A DNA stretch of 64,000 nt from Gonapodya sp. JEL0774 (lineage: Eukaryota), in the NCBI GenBank assembly GCA_027604505.1, contig JADIIX010000043.1, positions 1 to 64,000 of the forward strand, in the 5' to 3' direction. Position 1 is the stretch's first letter. Each line of letters begins with the position of its first letter. Shown one piece after another: positions 10,680 through 25,139 of this stretch. The position numbers and the translations under genes were made by a program. The notes below the pieces were generated by a model. The model was not told the origin of the DNA. It did not search any database and was given only the letters and a program-made list of their open reading frames with translations.

Positions 10680-13374
10680 ATGGAAATCCCAATCCCTCCA
10701 CCGAATCACCCACATCTTCATGCCAAGAAAAACCCTAACAAAGCGGCATACATCATGGCGAGGACTGATGAGGTTGTGACAGTGAGTCTTCTGTTCAACA
10801 CTCTCTACCGGATGATTCTGAGAAATGCACCAAGTACGGAATGCTCGATGAACGTAGCAATCGCACGGCGCAAATGTTCCGTCACCACGGGTTACAAGTG
10901 AGTCTCGCTTTCTTCGGTCTATTTCTCCCTCATCCTTGTTCTGATGACATCCTTATTCTGATGATGCAAAACAGGCGGGGGATGGAATCATAATTTTCAT
11001 GGAGAATCACCCTCGCTATTTCGAGATTGTGTGGGGTGCCCAACGGAGTGGACTTAGAACCTCTGCCATATCTTCAAAACTGCTGGTCGACGAAGTTCAA
11101 TGTGAGCGTGCTCGATACGAACTGATATGGTTTACATATTGACCGCGGGACTTCAAATTTTTTCTGAAGACATGGTTGTTGACTCCGGTTGCAAAATGTT
11201 CTTCACTTCCCGGACTCTTCTTCCAGTCGCGAAGGAGGTTGCCAAAATTCACTCCGACAAGAACATCCAGTGGTTCTTGGTCGATGGAAAGGAAGGAGTT
11301 TTCAAAAATTACATCGATGAGCGAGCAAAGTTTCCTGCGGAAAGGATCAAAGACGAGATAGCTGGAGGAACAAGTGAGTTGCCATATTTAACTGAGTGTC
11401 CGATATGCAGGTGAATTGAAGTACGCGTCAAAGTGCTCTACACAAGCGGCAGCACTGGGCGACCGAAGGGTGTTCAACGTATTCTACCCGAGATAGCCCC
11501 GGAAGTGCTAGCCCAATTGATGAAATTCGACAATGAACACCCCATTGTAGCTATTGGCAAGGAGTATTACGGATGGGACGAGAACAGCGTGTACTTGAGT
11601 CCGGCACCGCTCTGTGAGTTGGAATGATCCCCGCTCTATCAATATTCTGATTTATCTCTGCATTTTGTGATTCGGGTATCAGATCATGCTGCACCGCTCC
11701 ATTACAATCTTGCGAGTGAGTGGACTGCCAATCGGGAATGCTTCATCGGATACCGTCTGGTAACAAATCACCACATCAGTTGGATCCTTGGGCGGCACGT
11801 CCATTATACTAGACCGTTTTGATCCCGAGTTTGCTCTCCATTGCATTCAAAAATACAAGTGCACCACGGGGCAGCTTGTGCCGACTCACTTTGTGAGGTG
11901 GCTCAAGCTTCCCGAACAGGTGCGAAAGCGATATGATTTGTCGTCGCTTAAGTTGATTTTCCATGCGGCGGCACCGTGTCCGTGAGTAACTTAAATTCTG
12001 CCAGTATGACGAACCCAGCTTATGATATGCTGATGGTTAACAGAATTCCAGTGAAACAAGCCATGATAGAATGGATCGGACCGAAACTTATGGAGTAGTG
12101 CGTGATCCGAGTTCATCAGACTACCACTGCAACCTCATTCACTCTATCCGCTCGTTCGACAGCTATGCGGGGACAGAAAGCAACGGTAGCACTATCATCA
12201 CGTCCGAAGAATGGCTGCAAAAAAAAGGTTCTGTTGGCCGCGTCCGCACCCCTGGGGTGGAGATCAAAATCTGCAATGAAAACGGTGATGTCCTGCCACC
12301 AAAACAAGAAGGCCTTGTGTACTTTGCAGGGGGTGGTCAATTTGAGGTGAGTTTGATGTCCGAGTACTTTATGCGAGAAGGAGACTGGAAAAGTGCTGTT
12401 CTGAATATGCAAATTCAATAGTATCACGGTGATGCGAAAAAGACATCAGAGTCTCGTCACCCTAAGAACCCCGGGTGGAGCACATTGGGGGACGTGGGCT
12501 GGGTCGATGAAGACGGGTGAGTGTCGCTAAATTCTCATCTGCAGTTGCGATGCAAATCCACTCAAGTGACATGAACATTTCTGCTGAAAGATTTTTGTTC
12601 CTAACGGACCGAAAAAGTTTTATGATTATTTCGGGTGGAGTCAACATCTACCCTCAGGTGTGTCAAAACCTTTCCGTTCGTTAAGTGGACATTGACAAAA
12701 TATCCGAAAACACTCGGGCAACAATACAGGAAATTGAAAACCTTGTGAGTTAGACAATCGTCCGAGCTCTGTGAGGTGGTGTTGACAGGCCATTTTCTGA
12801 ACCATCCAGCTTATCACTCACCCCAAGGTCCAAGATGCTGCTGTGATTGGTGCACCAGACGGTAGGCTTTTGTATCTCCTGTACTAGGTGTGCTGCTCTG
12901 ATTGTACACGCGAAATCCACCAGAGGAAATGGGCGAAAAAGTGATTGCCGTGGTTCAACCCTTGGACTGGTCCACGGCTTCGCAAGAATTGGCGGACGAG
13001 ATCGCCTCTTTTTTGCGAGAGAGGCTCAGGTACGTGAGATGTGGTTCCATGATTTGGGGAACTTTGACCGAGCGTATGAGTTTGACTCCGCTGCCGTTCC
13101 ACCTGATCGAACTCTCTCCAATAGCCACGTCAAAGTCCCTAAGAAGATTGAGTTCATGCGAGACCTTCCTCGCCATGATACAGGTAAACTGTACAAGCGT
13201 TTGATTCGGGTAGGTACACCTGTCTCTTTCCTTCTTCAACGCGAGTTTCCACACTTGCTCACGCGCTACTACGACGTGTTTTTCGCTGAAAACTCAACTC
13301 TTTAGGACGCTTATTGGGGCAAAGGATCCCCCGAGTATTTGGGGGTGGTACCGAAAAAGAACAGCAAACTTTAA
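10680..13374 (+). CDS. Acyl-CoA synthetase (AMP-binding), bacterial-like, with C-terminal PTS1 (SKL); about 16 exons
   Basis: LYTSGSTGRPKG, YLSPAPLYHAAP, HAAAPCP, YAGTE, TLGDVG, DRKSFMIISGGVNIYPQEIE, PRHDTGKLYKR. Protein ends KKNSKL*. Confidence 0.95.
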
Positions 13375-13511
13375 TTATATCTTGACGTGAGATACACAGT
13401 AAGAGTATAACTCTCGCTCGAAAGAATTAAATAAAAGAAGCGGAACGGCGCAAAGGTTCCATCCATTTCATTGATCTGTTGTGTGCCCCTTGGTGTGCAC
13501 TGAGTCCGTGA

Positions 13512-15681
<2,170 letters not shown>

Positions 15682-16383
15682 ATGTGAGGCTTGGGCATTC
15701 GGGTTTGGGCCTGTGTAATTTTTTGAGCACCGTAGAACATCGAGTGAAAGGCGCACGTTGTGAACTTGCAAATGTATAGATTCGCATGATAATAAAATCA
15801 CAAGATAGAGTAAGTACTTGATGATGTGGTGTGTCTCATGAGCTGTGCAGGGGACACTCGCAGAGTGGAATCGGGATAGGTTCGACTGAAAACCGAAACT
15901 ACGGGCATTCGGGGCGCAACAGCGAGCAGGGACTCTGACAGGAAGTAGCTGGAGCTTGGACGGTTAGAAGAGAGTAGAAGAGAGCGTACGTGAGTGTTAA
16001 AAGAAGATTGAGAAGAAGGTGCGGTTTGAAGGGTTGTTGGAGTTGGAGAATGGATATGGAGAGCAGAACGTTACGTTAGTTGCGTGGGCGCGCGTGAACT
16101 CAGATATAGCGAGCGGAGAATTGTTTGAGTCTGGTCAGTCTGGAGTTACATTGGTGGAGGTTGTTGGTCGGCTGCGGGAGCATGAACATGGACAAACTTC
16201 GTTGCTTGGCACGCGCACACGGACTCGGTCGACTGCTACCTGCTGTAATCCCTCCATCTCGTCTCCTCTTCACCAACTTTTCACGCTCTCTACCCATTCC
16301 TGGGTCTCCCCCTTGTCCAGGTCACTTCCCACGACTGTGTGCCCCACGCGGGGTGGTCTCAACTCCAACCCGTTTTCTTTCTC

Positions 16384-19003
16384 ATGAACAGAGGTTCGTA
16401 TGAATTAAAAATACTTTCTCCATGATGTACTCTTGGATTCCGCCTGGAATTGAAAGATCGAGGAGCAGACTCCATGACCTTAGCGCCAGGGTTGTGCAAT
16501 TGTTGAAATTTATGTGCCGGACCCTTGCCACCGCTCAACTGAAACTCTCTCGGTCTTTGAATCTCTCTTTGTAAAGGCGGTGCCTGGGCTGCCGTGGCCG
16601 CCCAGGGCCTCACCGGTCCCCAACCAGTTCTGCCCGGCTTACCGCCCCCCCCAACCCCAGCAAACTTCTCTATTGACGACTTCCCAGCTCTCGTGTCTAC
16701 TCAAGCGGGACCCACTGCGTCATCTCCAGCCCCAGGCCAACTCCCCGGTCCTGGCCCCGCCGGCTCAGGACATGGTCCTGCCCAACATATCTCCCTGCAG
16801 CAACACTCACACCAACACAACCAACACCCCCTTCTCTCCATATCCGCAAACACGCCTTCTTCTTCGTCTATTCTTGGCTCATCGCTCCTCCCCAACGGTC
16901 CAACAGGCCCTGGCGGCGTCTCATCCACCCTGGGTCTCTCTTCACCTCCGCAGTCCATTCTCACCTCTTCCGCGGCCACACCGGCCTCCCGTCCGCACGC
17001 CCCACAACCTCAACTACAAAATCAAATTGTGACCCACGAGGGTGATCATATCGCATCGTCTGCGGACGGTCAACACCACCCACAGCAGATGCATGCTTCA
17101 CAAGTACCGTTCCACATGGCGGTAACACCCAACCGCCAGCTCCCTCCCACATCGTCATCCTCGTCTGCGTCCACCCCAAATCCGAGCCGGCCTTCTCTGC
17201 TGGCCGCCACAACTTCCACAGCCACCTCCGCTCCTTCATCCAATCCTGGGTCGCCATCCAACCCCATTGTCAGCCTCGCTGTTGGCCCTCCAGGCCACCA
17301 CCCGCAACACTCCCAACCACAACAGCAGCAACAACACATTTTTGGCCAAAGTCAAGGTCCAATGATCTCATCTGTACCCGGTCAGTCCACCCCTCCTTAT
17401 CCTCCGCCCCCGGGAGTCCCACCGCCCCTCCAAAACGGCCCAGGTGGTGCTGGAGCGCCTTCCACAAACCCGTCCCAGCTGCCTCGTCGCCCAACCTTCT
17501 CTTCCTCCGCCACCAATCCCGGCGTTGGTGTCCCTCTTCAGCAGCCTGCGTCCACCCCCACACCGCCTGTGCAGCTTCTCCACCACTTCCATCACAACCC
17601 ATCCACGCCACCAACATCGACACCTCCGTCATCTATCCAACCTCTGCCAAATTCCAACTCTCCGCCATCTGACCCGCCGTACCCCCCCCAGTCTTTTGGC
17701 ACCTCCGTATCCCCCCCGGTCACCGCAGGCTCCCAAATTCAGTCGCAAGGCCAAGGTCAAGGTCACCCGGCTCCTGTTACAGACAAGTTCGGACTCCTTG
17801 GTTTGCTCGACGTGATAAGGGGTACAGATCCGGACCAGAATGCGTTGGCGTTGGGAAGCGATTTAACGGGTTTGGGACTCGATTTGAACAGCGATGGGTG
17901 AGTTCTGCCAGAAGATCGAGGATCGTGTTGTGATGTGATGTTGAAGGGCGAAGATTGGCGGTTATGATGTTGACATTGTGCGGTTGGCGATAAAACCTTG
18001 CTCAATGGTTGTTGCCTTCTATCCAATCACCCTTGCCTCATCTATTGCTCTTCGTCCACCTCTCCCATACAGACCCCTCTGGTCTACCTTCGTCTCGCCC
18101 TTCGCTCCAATTCCCACAGCTCGTCCTGACCCCGTCTTCCACCTACCTCCATGCTACAATCTGCCTACCCCGCCACCCCCCGCACTTTCCAAAATCCACG
18201 ATTTTTCTGAAGAAACACTCTTTTACGCATTCTATTCTTGCCCTCGAGATGCCCTCTCCGAATCTTCTGCACAGGAACTCTATTCGCGCAACTGGCGTTT
18301 CCACAAAGAGGTCCGCGCGTGGATCACGAGGGATACCGAGGCAGGAAATATCGCCGGGAATCCGGTTGCGGGACAGGCAGCGAGTAGACCTCCTGGAATC
18401 GGCGTAGGTGGTGCGGCGGTGGATAAGGGGAGCTATTGGGTGTGGGATGTTGCAAAGTGGGAGAGGGAGAGGAGGGAGATGGTGGTGAGATTCGAAGATT
18501 TGGAAGATAGGGGAGGCGTTGGAGGCCAATTTGGGACACAGGGAATTGGTATTGGGTTGAGTTTAGGCCTCGGACCGGTAGGGCAAGTGAATGGGGCCGG
18601 AGGCCCGGACGTGGGCTCGGTGGCGGCGATGATGAGGGCTGGTGGGGCGAACGCGGGAGGAGGAGGTGCTGGCGTTGGAGTTGGATTAGGAATGGGGGGA
18701 CAGCAGGGTCAGCAAGGACAGGGCCAGCAACTGCCAGGCCAACCGAGCGCAGGCGCGGCGGCGGCATTGATGCAGTCGTTTGGAATGGGCATCGGAGGAT
18801 TGGGTAGTGGAGGTGGTGGCGGGCAGCAAGGAGTGATGCAGCAAGTGATGATGCAGCAAATGCAAGGAGGTGGAGGGGTGGGAAGTGGAGTTGGTGTTGG
18901 AGGCGGAATGGGGATGGGGATGGGTGGGGTGGGTGTGGGTGTTGGGCAGGGCCAAGGGTTATCAGGACTTTTTGGTGGGGGTAGGTTTGCGGGGAATGGT
19001 TGA
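16384..19003 (+). CDS. NOT2: CCR4-NOT subunit NOT2 (NOT2/3/5 family) with low-complexity N- and C-terminal regions, 3 exons
   Basis: DKFGLLGLLDVIR..LALGSDLTGLGLDLNS and the NOT-box FSEETLFYAFYSCPRD..QELYSRNWRFHKE. A short first exon (ATGAACAGAG|GT) splices in frame at 16577. Confidence 0.9.
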
Positions 19004-20176
19004 ATGTGGCGAGGGGGATGGATGGCAGGAAAGCGAGTGAGGGATTGATACTTGGAGAGAGCGTTTGCGATAGGATAAAGGAAACGGTGTGGACAGTAAG
19101 CTTGTATATGTGGGACCGACACTGGAGGAACGACCTTTGGTGTAACAGATCGCGACGAAAAAGTGACAGCACTGGCACTTGGTATTGATGGAGATATGTG
19201 GGCTTGGTGGATAAGCGGTGGGAGAGCATTTCCTGGGAGTGAAATGTACTTGGGGAGGGCTGTGGTTTGTACATGGTTTAAGTCAGGTGGGGTTGTGATA
19301 GTCATATACCAATACAGAAGCTGATGTTCACGCGTACGGGTTGCGGTTTTCGTCTATACATAGTTGCCAAGATCATGGTTCGCATCACGTCGTTCGGACA
19401 GGGCCCAAAGTCTGTGGCAGCCCAGCCAGCTGCTTCACGTTCAAGGTGATTGAAAACTACCTGAAGCAATAGATGTATATTCATTCTAATTGCAGGTCAG
19501 ATCCAGCATTGACTGGAAACAAATACATCTGCAACTAAGACTACTTTGTCCATTCAGGCGGCGCTCTCAAATCTTTGTTGTGTTCTTTTGGAAAGCAAAA
19601 CGTGAACACGATCCAACCCGAAACCCGTTCTGGTAAACAGGTTGAGCTGGATTGCGCGGGAACTCCTGACACCAATGGCGGAGAGAAGGAGAGCTTTGGA
19701 TTTGCGTATAAATGTGTGTTTTATCATTGCATCCTACTTACCGCCAAAACTTGATTGAACCGCGAAGCTCGATTGGGGGATTAAGGGACTGAGGTGTTCG
19801 TTTGCTATTTCAACCAAAACATTTAGCCGAAGCCCGAAGAGGGGACTGCGGTCATGTCAGGTCAGGGGCTGCCTCAGAAATGATAAACCAGATGTCCCGC
19901 ATTGGGGAGGACGAATCTCTCGAATTCAACCACAATTGAATAATTAAATTCCAGAAATTTATTTTAGTCTGTTTCAGAAATCAGCGTGTCGGTCTCTGCG
20001 GATCGGGAAGAATGCTTTCAAGGAGAATTGTCGGGGTCCAGTGAGTGCAGGTATCAAATCCCCGTCTCATCCCATTCCAAAGACTCCACCACTCTTTCAA
20101 AACTCGGCCAACGGAAACCGGCCGCCCATTGCCAATCAGAACGGCCTCTGCCTTGATACTTAAATCTTCCAAACAA

Positions 20177-22706
20177 ATGCAATCGCTCATCGTTCCTGGG
20201 AAGGATGAGCTGGCATCTCGGCGACCGGCTCTTGAACTTTCAGTTGTGGACAGCAGCTCCCTGAATCGAGCAGACTCCGATATCTCAGCAGATGATCGAA
20301 GCTCCAATGCTGATGTGTGTTGCTTCAACTTGTCGCTCGGGGGCTGAGAAATTCCTTGGACACTGATGCACACATTGACGGCGCTCACCACTATCAGGTA
20401 GACGAACTGGGAGAACTCGTAAGCACTGCAGAGAGAATCCCTTCAACAAAAGACTCGCTCAATGAACGGATTAAGGCTCCCATTCTCAAGTAAGTCCCTG
20501 TGCGATATGCTCAATTCCTTGGATCACCTGTTCTCACTCAAACTCACAGCCTACTATGCCCCTCCCCGGAAGAGGCCATCAATCTGTTTTACAAACGATT
20601 TCCCGAACTTCGCCGCTCGCCAACCTTGGTAAATCTAGAACGTGGGTGCTTGTTATCTTCGAAATCGTTTCTCCACACCTTCCGCAGTATGTGAGGAGTT
20701 TGAACTGTCACACACGGACAGGCTTCTCATGCACATATGGCAACAAATCCCCACACATGCGCGGTAACTTGTATATCACGGAGCAGTACCTCGTGAGTTG
20801 CACCAGTCTGTTGCCTATCTATACCCTTCGAACTGTTGTGCACCATCGTTCAATAATCCCACGAAAACATTGAAAACCTGCGTTATTCTTCTTCCAGTGT
20901 TTTCGTGCACGAGCGTTCAATATTATCTCCAAACTCGTCATCCCACTTGGCGACATTACCATTGTAGAATCGATGAAGTCCGTCAGACACCTCAACGCGC
21001 TAAGGATAATTGATCGGACGGAAACTACCGTCAGTAATGCGCATGGCAAATATTCTATAGGTTTCGACTAACCAGAGCCGACCCATTCGCACCCCATCGC
21101 GTACAGTATATCTTCTCCAACTTCCTCCTACAAGACCGTGAGCGTGCCTACCGCGCCATCATGGCCAATTGCACCCACTTAAGTGACCTCACTGAGACTC
21201 CCATATCCGACTCGAACAGACGGTCCCGGTCTGCATCAGAACCTTTTGACCAACACACGAGGTTCTTCTCCGACTCTCCCACCATGACGCCTCTTTCTCT
21301 CCCCCGGACTATCGAGCCTAAAGACAGGAGAGACAGTGATGTCAGCATGAACGGTGTAGAAACCCTAACTTTTCCGATGAGCGGCCCCTCAGTTGGAGGC
21401 AGTGTCTCGTTACCGAGGGGTGTTGGTGGTGGAGTCGCTACAACTTTCCCTTCGAAACGCGAGTGCGGATGCACTGACCATGCTTTGGTGCTCAAGGAGC
21501 AAGACTTTGCGGTGGATCCCCGAACGATATTTCTCAGTATTTTCGGTGAAGACGAGAGGCAGTGTCAACCGTGGTTGACCGCGTCCAGAGGGATCGGATC
21601 CGAGGATTTGGTGCCAGAGAGGTGGGGAAGGAGAGCGCCCACACCAGATAGCAGTGGGATCGGTGAGGAGTCGGAGAAAGTTCAAGGGGAGGAGGACATC
21701 TGGAACTGGACGACAAGGACATTGAATTATTTTGTCAAGGTGCCAATGAGTGAGTGGTGAGGAGTTGCAGCATTGCATGGGAGATTGAGATCGTGCCTAA
21801 AATCATCAACACAGTCTCACGGTCACCATGTCACGAGACACAAACCATCGCCAAATGCGAAGAAGGGTGAGAGTGACATGTTGCACAATTATCACTCCAT
21901 CGCTTTAACACATTTCCTTGACTCCTCGGGTGGCCACCTTCGCAGCCTCATCATTGTCAACACGTCCGTTCAAACGCCCAAAGTGCCCTACGGGGATACC
22001 TTTTCTATTGAAGGCAGGGTTTGTATATCGAGTCTCGGGGACGGAAAGTCTCGCCTACTTCTCACTGTCCGTGTGGACGTGAAGAAGCAGACATGGATGA
22101 CGGGTGGGTGTCTGGTAACTATGATCCCAGCTGGGTGCAAACCTGATCCACTTTCCCTGGATCCTACCAGGGCAAATAACTCGAGGAGTTCACGAGGGGC
22201 AAAAGGACTATGCCAAACGACTAACTTCCGAGCTTGAGAATCTGTTCCGAAAGCGGGCTGGTGCTCAGAGGGTCGAGACGATCGGAGACGAGCTGGGTGG
22301 GACGGGTGGGACGCGGAAGAGGACTCGGACTGATGCTTTACCGAGCAATCTTGGGGACGCAGATGGAACGCCGGCAAAGGCACTACCGTCGGGCAGGCCG
22401 GACTGGTTGGTGCAGGAACTTATTCCCCTGCAATGGATCGCAAGTCCGCCATCAGACTCTTTGTTGCGTGTTTTGGCCGCCACTGCATTGTTCATGGTGA
22501 TCCTGGTTGCTGCCAAATACCTGATAGGAGGGCCCACAGTCCGCTCCACATGCGATGGTAACTGTCAGTTGGCGCGAGTGCTGGAAGATATGACACGTAA
22601 TTTTGCAAGTGGAAAGAGAGTGGAGGAGGAGATGGCGGAAATTCGCTCGATTGTGGGGGGCATCAAGAAACGACTAATTGATTTGGGTCTACAAGCGCAA
22701 ACATAG
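20177..22706 (+). CDS. GRAM + VASt (StART-like) sterol-transfer protein with C-terminal TM helix (LAM/Ltc/Aster family)
   Basis: GRAM-like FSCTY..RGNLYITEQYL|CFRARAF..LVIPLGDI. VASt motif TPKVPYGDTFSIEGRVCI..SRLLLTVRV. TM segment VLAATALFMVILVAA followed by a short coiled coil. Start codon tentative. Confidence 0.85.
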
Positions 22707-22763
22707 GGTCCAATATTTACGCTTGTCACAAAATTGGATTACATATCCAGGACGGACAACTCC

Positions 22764-24739
22764 CTACTTCACCGCGTCCACTTCGTAGCATACAACCACC
22801 CCACCTCCAGATCCCATTCCGTCCCATCCTCTGTGCCCGGTCGCCGTTACCATGTACCTGTTGGCAGAGTCCAGCAACAGCCGCGAGACCGGCGCTCCCC
22901 CACGGTGACCAGGGACAATAGCGAACGGGACGGTGGGAGGATTGAAAAGAGGATCGGGTTCAGAAAGAGGTGCAGTAACAGGAGAGGACGGAGGGTCTTT
23001 CTCGTCATCGTAGAGGTTGTACAAGCGGATGTTATCTTGGGACGTGCTGAAACCCAAACACGATTCAGTCAAGAAATAGAACTGCAATCCATCGTAAAAT
23101 ACAAAACGTACCAAATAATCTGTCTCCCGTTACCCATCGCCTCCACCACAGTTACTCGGCCACTACCCTTCGGCATCTCGATCGCCCGCACCCGCGTCCC
23201 CTCCGCGACGTCAAACTCATCCACTGTCCCGTTTCGTCGCCCCACATATACCTTCCCGCCATCCGGCGACCAACACGCACTCATGCACCACGGTGGCGTC
23301 CGTTCTGGTACTGCGAACCGGCGAACCAGACCACGCGGGGTCGCACCGTCGACCGGGGACGATGGGTCCGCGGATGTAGCGCGAGTGTCCCAGAGATACA
23401 TGAGGCCGTCGACTGTGGTGGAGAGGAGACGAGGAGAAGAGGCACCCGGTTGGAAGGACAGCGACGTGAGGTAGGAGTTTTGTGGCCCAAACGACGAGAG
23501 GACATTCCCAGTGTTGAGATCCCAATACTGGAGATGACGTGGATGGGACATTGAAGAGCGGATCAGGTGCACCGTGAACGTTCTTGAGAGTGAAATCGAT
23601 TCCTTTTTGAAACCCGCACAGCACACAGTTCCTCACCAACAACGATTTGTCCCACGAGCCCGTGAAGCACGATGTCTCTCCAGGTGCAATTTTTATGCAC
23701 GAAACGGGTGCTTTGTGCGAGCGGAGGACGTATTGGCACTGATGTGGGAGATATTGAGCCACGCATGAGTTGGAATACCTCCACACAGATCACCCAGTGT
23801 ACTGACCACGCCTTCCTCATGTCGCACGCTGTAAAGATTGACCGCTCCACTTGCACAGCCGGCGAGCATGTAGTGTGCTTCGCTGTGCACGTCGATTGCG
23901 AAGCACGGGCTAATTTTAATGGGATGTGACAGGGAATCAGGGATCTCCCCTATGTTGGAGAGACGTGCAACAGAACACTTTCATATTAGTGAGGAGATTC
24001 GCAGTCTGAGAAACGAATAGTGGACTTGATGGGTGCAGCATAGCTCACCTGGTCCAACTTGCTCCTCCAACGGCCAACTCGACCACAATACTCCGGCTTT
24101 TGTCACAGGGTCTGAAAATCCACTCCGCTGGTTCTGAGGAAGTGGATTCCGCCCGTTCATCGAGGCGAAAAAGTCAAACATCCGAATCTCGCCGTCGTGC
24201 GAAGCAGTGAAGAGCCTGCAAAAGCGGTCAAGCCGTCAACACTCGGCACCACAGCCAGGGCGCAAAAGGTGTGCGAATACCATCGCATGTTTTGTGTTGC
24301 AGCCACTGAATGCACGTCGGTGGGGTGGATTGCGGCGACCTTTCGTGAGTGCCATTCGCTGAACGTCGGTTTCTCGATTTGGACAAGAATACCAGTGTCC
24401 CACCTGAGGGTAGAATTCGTATGATTTGCAGTCGTGGGAAATGACAGCATCCATGGGGTCAAACTTGTCTTGGTGAAGAGAGAGAGCGACTGAATAACTG
24501 CTACTCGAAGTAATTCGTCCGAAAGGGCCCTGTCAAGGTCCTTCTAGCACACCTTGCATGACGTAGCCGTCTATTTCCTTCTCAGTTTCATCATCCAAGT
24601 TCAAGTCCATGTGGTTGTCCCCAGCTCCGAGACCAGTGCCAGAAGGCACACCGTTTGCCAATTCATTCTTCGATGTTTGCGTTGCAGGAGGATCCATCGG
24701 CGAATCGGTATCTATAGTATTTGTTGTTGAAGATCCCAT
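22764..24739 (-). CDS. SPT8: SAGA complex WD40 subunit Spt8
   Basis: DFFASMNG, VNLYSVRHEEG, FTGSWDKSLL.WDLNTG, TPPWCMSACWSPDG..VYVGRRNGTVDEFD, SQDNIRLYNL, PFAIVPGHRGG, MVTATGHRGW are characteristic Spt8 blocks. Confidence 0.92.
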
Positions 24740-25139
24740 GACTCGAAAGGCAAATCCTGATTCCTTCCACGTGGAAGAGGTAAACCAGGACGAGAACGGC
24801 ACAACAACCACTCTGAAGAAAACTTGCAATAATTATTACATAAAGACAGGCAATAACAAATTCGTATGCAGTTTGCACTGCTGGTGCAGGTGCTGACTTC
24901 TTTATTTCCTGAAACTTTAGTTCTCCTGAAGCCGACACATTCACGAAAAAAGTTCCCGTGATACTCACATCCATCTCCTTAAACAAAACAGGTGGTTTTG
25001 TTGAGATGCATTTACATAGTTTGTCACCCGTGCAGAGCACAACCGGCTCGGGCGTTCGGCATTTCACAGGGTTGTGACTGTGCGGTCGGAATCAAAACTG
25101 TGATTTCTTTCTTCTCTTCCGTCTCGCGAATCCGAGCCC

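Noticed and set aside
15870..15900. GGTTCGA T-loop-like motif (also on the minus strand near 53225)
   Set aside because: No cloverleaf or acceptor stem can be built.
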